DNA from: a virus
Taxonomy: Duplodnaviria > Heunggongvirae > Uroviricota > Caudoviricetes
Reading direction: 5' to 3' (one strand)
IMG/VR virus record: IMGVR_UViG_3300027798_000013
Length of the DNA stretch: 64,000 nucleotides
The translations under genes were made by a program, and so were the position numbers. Each line of letters opens with the position of its first letter. The stretch's first letter is position 1. The notes under the pieces were generated by a model that was given only the letters and a program-made list of their open reading frames with translations, made no database searches and was not told the DNA's origin. Positions 59,801-64,000 of the stretch are shown here, one piece after another.

Positions 59801-62800
59801 CTTTGATTGGCAATGTGCTAGCCAATACAGCACCAACAGTCAACTATCAGTCATTAAACAGTGTGGCCACACCAGCAACACAGATTTTTGACACCACACT
59901 GGTTGCGGAATCTGGTTCCACTGCCACAGCACAAAATTTAGTCGCTATCGTTACCAGTGCCATAACTGCTGGCGTATCAACAAATATTCCTGTGCCACAA
60001 CAGCCACAAACCAGCGTCAGTGTTAAAACTGGTACATTCAACGAAGTATTACCGATTATAATTCCATCATATACTGCAATTGTTGGCGACGAATTACGCA
60101 GTACTGTGATTCAACCACAGCCAGCAATAGCTAATCTAGTTAATGACAAACCAAAATCTGTTGCGGCACTAGGAAGAGTCAAAGCACTGGTAAGTAGTTT
60201 GGTAGCTAACACTCCGATTACTGGTTCAGCTGGAAACAAACAAGTGCTTGCTACCACTGGTGCAAGCAGTTCAGCTGGTACTAGCACCGTTACATTTGCG
60301 CTACAAACAACAGTTCCATTTGTGCCAGGACAAAAAATTACAATTAGCGGAGTTACTCCAAGCGGATTTAACGGTTCTAAAACAGTAACAGCATGTACAC
60401 TAAACAGTGTATCATTTAGTGGGTCTACAGCCGGCCCACAAACAGTAGCAGGCATCGCATCTAGCCAAGACACTAGTATTACCGCCGGCAATACAGGCAG
60501 TGCAATTGCAGTGGCCAGTGTTGTGGCCAATACTGATGCAATGCGTGACACACTATTAAATGGTACTGCACAAATTTTAGCATACAGCTTTACAAATCCT
60601 ACCGGATATAACACAAGTTATTTGGCAGGCTATGGCGACGGCAAAACACAAATTGTACAAAATTATCAATTTATTAAAGATGAAATTTCAGCGTTCTTAA
60701 ATACAAACTACAACGCAGTTTGGACAGCACTAGGTGGAGGCGGTCAAGCATTATGTCAACGTGATGTTGGATATATGTTAGATGCACTACAGTACGATAT
60801 GACATATGGTGGTAATACACAAAGTCAAATCGCTGGCAGTACATATTATTCTAACTACGCACTAACTATTGCGGCAGTAGAAAAAGTAGCTACTGTTGCG
60901 GCTTATCAACGTTTACAACAAGTGGTACAACAAATTGTGCTTAAAACATCTGTGGCTGTTAGTGCCGGCAATGCCACTTCGCAAGTTGTAAGCGGCACAG
61001 CTGGTTCAGCAAGTGCGGCTACTTTTGCGGCACAGCGTATTGGTGATACAATTTACTGGATTAATAATACTGCACCGGATACAGGAACATTTAGCACAAC
61101 TGGTTCTATTTCAACAACTGCTGGTGGAACACTGACTGTGACAGCAGTTGGCTCTGGTGTTGTTGTTCCTGGAGCACTGGTAACTGGTGCTGGTGTTGGT
61201 ATAGGCACTTACATCACTGCACAAAATGGCGGTGTCAGCACAGTGGCATCTGCCACATATTCAAGTGGTGGTGCACCAACAAGTCAAACTTTTGTAGTTG
61301 GCACAGCCACAAACGTTGCGGCAGGTCAACTGGTTGTTGGTACAGGCGTCCCAGCTGGTTCTTATGTAATTTCATCATATGTTAGCGGCACAACAATCAC
61401 ACTAGTTAATTACTGGGGAGCTCCGGCATTCCTAATATCACAAGCCAGTGGCACTTACAGTTTCTATGCACCAGGTGCTACAGGAACTTATCTGGTAAAC
61501 GTAAGCCAAACTGTAAGCTCAACCACAATTACTGGCTTTGATCAAATTACTCCAGTAACTAGTGGAGCAGTTGGACTAGCAAGCGCGGCATTACAAGCAT
61601 CTTACAATGCTGTTGTTGCAAGAAAAACAGAAATTCAAGCTGACACAGTAAGTTGGGTTGCTAGATTTTATCAGTCAATGTTCTATAACACTGCAACATG
61701 CTATCGTGATGCTGGACTTATTGTTGATGCACTGGCATATGACGCGGCTCTTGGATCTAATTTCAATAGTATTATTGCGGCACGTTCATATTTTAGAGCA
61801 ATCAGTTCCGCACAAGTGGTTATCAACAGTCAGTTGGCCGCAGAAGTTGGATCAATTGGATTCGTTGCATACAAAGTTGGAATGATTGCAGGCGCAGGCT
61901 CGGTAATTCAAATTAATACCTTGATTGATGATGCAATAGCATACATCAATGGCGGCTCAGTGCCACGTTTCTTCACATGGCCAGATTACACTGGTATAAG
62001 TGCAGACCGCGCGGCCGCGGCAAAGGTTATTTGGAGAAACAAAGCATTTATCCAAGCTGAAATTTCATCATTCTTAAGTACAAACTACAGCAGTGTTTGG
62101 ACAAGTATTGTTCAGGCAACATGCACACGTGACGTTGGATATATTGTTGATGCTATTCGTTATGATTTAACATACGGCGGCAACTATGCTAGCAAGCAAG
62201 CTGGTATTGCATACTACTCACGTTTAAATGGTAGTTTACAAATTGGCGCATATGAAAAAGTTGCTACATTAGACGCATACACACTGTTAGGAACATTAGT
62301 TTCAGCAATTGCGCAGAATGGTGCTTATACTCCGTTGCAAGGAACTGTAAGTCGTGTAACAGCATCAGCATATGGTACAGGAACTGAAGGTACAGCGGCG
62401 GCCGCACTAGTTACTATTGTTTATAATTACATAGACACTGGCCTAACTACTGGCGCACCAAAAATTACAATTACAACAATTGCAGGTACTACTACATTTA
62501 CCAGCGGCACACACGGGTTGGCAGTAGGTGATGAAGTTATTCCTCAATCAACTGCCAACGGACTAGTAGCTGGAACAATCTATTATGTTGCGTCAATTCC
62601 ATTGGCAACAACATTTACATTAGCCGCAACATGGGGCGGCGCGGCTATAACAACATTTACCAATGGCACAGGTTTAAGTATTGTTGCAGAGAAAACAAAT
62701 AATGCAACTACCACATGGGTAGCAAGCAATCTTACAACTTCTTACACTGCATTGTCTGCGGCCAAAGCAACACTACAAGCATCAGTAATTAGTTATATCA

Positions 62801-64000
62801 CAACCAACTTCCCAACACTGTCTTATAACTCAGCCACATGCGCACGTGACGTTGGTTACTTGATTGACGCAGTTGGTTACGATTTCATGGTTGGCAGTAA
62901 TTTCAAAACAGTCAAAGCCGCAATGAGTTATTATCGATCACAATCAGCATTGGTAATTGCTTCACAAAAATCTGCGACAATTTCAGCTTTCCAATACTTG
63001 CAAACTCAATTACGAATCACATTGAGCACAGATGCCACAGCATTGGCCAGCATGAATGCCAACATGACAACGTATTTGGCTATTTTAAACAACGGCATTG
63101 GCGACACGCCCGAAGTACATGGAACCATAACATACAACAATGTACAGGAAATACAACAAGGCGCCGAAATTCTACGTGCCAATAGAAAATTCTTAGCATA
63201 TGAAGCCAGTGCATTTATTGATGCCAGTTACGGCGGAGCAGTAACAGCAACATCCAGCACTGGTAACACTATTACATTCAGTGCCAATCATAATTTAACA
63301 ATTGGCGATCCTGTGCAATTTACCGCAGTAACAACAAAAGTCACTTCAGCAACAACTATAACATCAGGCGGCGTATTGACTGTGACAGCTGGTGGTACAA
63401 GCGGAATGGTAACAGGCATGCCAGTATCATTGACAGGAACAACATTTGGCGGAGTATCTAATACTTCAACATATTATATTATCAACGTTAATGCTGGATC
63501 AAATCAAATTACACTGAGTGCTTCTTACAACGGCAGTGCAATTTCCGTTTCAGGCGGTTCAGGAACAATGACAGTAACAGCAGGCGGCATGATTGGCGGA
63601 CTTGCACTCAACACAGCATACTATGTGTTAACAGTGCCAAGTACAACAACTATCACTGTGTCTGCAACTCAAATCAACGCTGTTGCAATAACACTGACTA
63701 GTGGCAACGGTGCGTTGACCATGAATTATTATTACTTGCTTGAAAACTGTTTGAGAGATACACGAGCATACATTGATGCAATGGTGTATGATTTACAATA
63801 CACTGGCAATTATCAAACATTGAGAGCGTCTGAATTATATGTGAACGCAGTACGCGGTTCACAAACAACAGATATGTTCCGTGTTCGTAATGGAACAGGG
63901 TTACGTAATTGCACACTAAATGGATTGACTGGAATTTTAACAGTTCCAAACATTTACGGCACAAGTCGCCCAACAGCAGGAGCATTCGTTGCTCTTGATC
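56893..64000 (+). CDS. Second giant tail fibre/adhesin (at least 2,369 aa, 3'-truncated), paralog of 48991-56838
   Basis: ATG 56893 reads MAEFKLGRIKFVYQGAWATGTAYAVDDVV; the same frame is still open at the window end (DMFRVRNGTGLRNCTLNGL..RPTAGAFVALD); absent from the ORF track because it has no stop. Confidence 0.88.
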   Translation, partial: MAEFKLGRIKFVYQGAWATGTAYAVDDVVTVGGKTYICVISHTSAGLFGTDLNFNPTKWNVVSDGSKWLGNWTNNTYYNIGDQVQYGGIVYQANTAHTSIATSAPLTVTGATGTGATVTITFTTQAVAPFLIGSTVTVAGITTTASGYNQAGATVTACTTTSVSYTNATSATYTTGGTIVGTIQTALEADQSKWDAFASNFFWGGSWTINTRYKVRDLVTYGGITYVCNTAHVSANTSALGLENDTAKWDSFNSGIVYLGAWSGSSYRYKLNDVVKYGADLWICTTQHTSSAGFDNTKWGIFVNGFQFESSWSGGSTYQIGDIVTYGGYAYICKQNHATTQTPSATSSAFWDVYTTGFSFQGDWSSSGNYYVGSVVRLGGYTYVAIADNTTRTPTINSTVVSTNFVNVDSVTGLIDSLPITVATTVGGLSNTSTYYVIGATVATTTATLNSASISNGSGGAGTVLAIGSVGAGTVAVGMYITGAGVTAGTYIVSGSALSWVVSASQLVAGPITLTATLNQFKVSATPGSATAVTLSTTSGQSVVATTNPTPPFATYWSRLNPGIRYNSTAGTYTAVSASNVLSSGVSATFNVTRNNSEYAVTVNAGGTGYASTDTLKILGTSVGGISPANDIFITVNTVSGGVIQAAGISTTGNAVTWTTGTAYVLGDAVYFGANSYICVSAHIGATGNRPDNDTTGTYWNLLSAGTNSAVLTTQGDTYYYGSTGAQRLPIGTDGQILRVTNGLPAWSYYGILNNIVYVAPSGTDSIGAGQGLTLDKPWKTVRFAAKQIEDGYLNTNARDLLAKNKQFILKEVSNYVSYIYQVSVTGTATGEFTTASTSGLRVGMPITFTAQTGSLTIGGASFVSTTVYYIQSITTNASFTVATSFGGNASTAAGTGTATAKYYTSLFSEIERDAGYIFEGVVFDLSHGGTSKSVINAKAYLNTSGSGYINAGAQSQAAVFVGADTYMSTLIGNVLANTAPTVNYQSLNSVATPATQIFDTTLVAESGSTATAQNLVAIVTSAITAGVSTNIPVPQQPQTSVSVKTGTFNEVLPIIIPSYTAIVGDELRSTVIQPQPAIANLVNDKPKSVAALGRVKALVSSLVANTPITGSAGNKQVLATTGASSSAGTSTVTFALQTTVPFVPGQKITISGVTPSGFNGSKTVTACTLNSVSFSGSTAGPQTVAGIASSQDTSITAGNTGSAIAVASVVANTDAMRDTLLNGTAQILAYSFTNPTGYNTSYLAGYGDGKTQIVQNYQFIKDEISAFLNTNYNAVWTALGGGGQALCQRDVGYMLDALQYDMTYGGNTQSQIAGSTYYSNYALTIAAVEKVATVAAYQRLQQVVQQIVLKTSVAVSAGNATSQVVSGTAGSASAATFAAQRIGDTIYWINNTAPDTGTFSTTGSISTTAGGTLTVTAVGSGVVVPGALVTGAGVGIGTYITAQNGGVSTVASATYSSGGAPTSQTFVVGTATNVAAGQLVVGTGVPAGSYVISSYVSGTTITLVNYWGAPAFLISQASGTYSFYAPGATGTYLVNVSQTVSSTTITGFDQITPVTSGAVGLASAALQASYNAVVARKTEIQADTVSWVARFYQSMFYNTATCYRDAGLIVDALAYDAALGSNFNSIIAARSYFRAISSAQVVINSQLAAEVGSIGFVAYKVGMIAGAGSVIQINTLIDDAIAYINGGSVPRFFTWPDYTGISADRAAAAKVIWRNKAFIQAEISSFLSTNYSSVWTSIVQATCTRDVGYIVDAIRYDLTYGGNYASKQAGIAYYSRLNGSLQIGAYEKVATLDAYTLLGTLVSAIAQNGAYTPLQGTVSRVTASAYGTGTEGTAAAALVTIVYNYIDTGLTTGAPKITITTIAGTTTFTSGTHGLAVGDEVIPQSTANGLVAGTIYYVASIPLATTFTLAATWGGAAITTFTNGTGLSIVAEKTNNATTTWVASNLTTSYTALSAAKATLQASVISYITTNFPTLSYNSATCARDVGYLIDAVGYDFMVGSNFKTVKAAMSYYRSQSALVIASQKSATISAFQYLQTQLRITLSTDATALASMNANMTTYLAILNNGIGDTPEVHGTITYNNVQEIQQGAEILRANRKFLAYEASAFIDASYGGAVTATSSTGNTITFSANHNLTIGDPVQFTAVTTKVTSATTITSGGVLTVTAGGTSGMVTGMPVSLTGTTFGGVSNTSTYYIINVNAGSNQITLSASYNGSAISVSGGSGTMTVTAGGMIGGLALNTAYYVLTVPSTTTITVSATQINAVAITLTSGNGALTMNYYYLLENCLRDTRAYIDAMVYDLQYTGNYQTLRASELYVNAVRGSQTTDMFRVRNGTGLRNCTLNGLTGILTVPNIYGTSRPTAGAFVALD

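Noticed and set aside
57283-63985. Short ORFs in the right-hand 7 kb
   Set aside because: They are shadow or antisense frames of the giant plus-strand ORF starting at 56893.
48991-64000. Diversity-generating retroelement or invertible fibre cassette
   Set aside because: No reverse transcriptase, recombinase, adenine-variant TR/VR pair or inverted cassette is seen in the window.
1-64000. Stop-codon reassignment, suggested by the apparent ORF-free ends
   Set aside because: The gaps are explained by edge-truncated giant ORFs; core genes are intact in the standard code, and TAA, TGA and TAG all serve as stops.

Overview
The window is a segment of a large T4-superfamily-like (myovirus) dsDNA phage genome, AT-rich and read in the standard code, and is almost entirely virion and late genes. 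The minus strand (1-26094) carries a baseplate operon: gp54/48-like, gp53-like, hub, gp5-like, gp25 and gp6, then a giant protein of at least 5,740 aa that runs off the left edge and is missing from the ORF track. The plus strand begins with the gp55 late sigma, gp47/gp46 (Mre11/Rad50), two small genes and a stand-alone GIY-YIG nuclease. The nuclease is followed by about 480 nt of densely hairpinned non-coding DNA, then a putative internal head protein and a minus-strand gp26-like gene divergent from a tape-measure-like gene. The head module follows (portal, core, protease, scaffold, major capsid), then a run of modular fibre/structural genes ending in two giant paralogous adhesins; the second is at least 2,369 aa and runs off the right edge. 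Main leads: (1) the GIY-YIG nuclease plus structured non-coding locus (30265-31170), a candidate nuclease-RNA system or structured origin; (2) an unannotated -1 slippery site (T TTT TTC) that would give a G/GT-type tail chaperone pair; (3) a TAAATA late-promoter network with leaderless genes and overlapping divergent promoters; (4) two structured late leaders; (5) nested modular insertions shared among virion proteins. All calls come from reading motifs by eye; no searches or folding programs were run.
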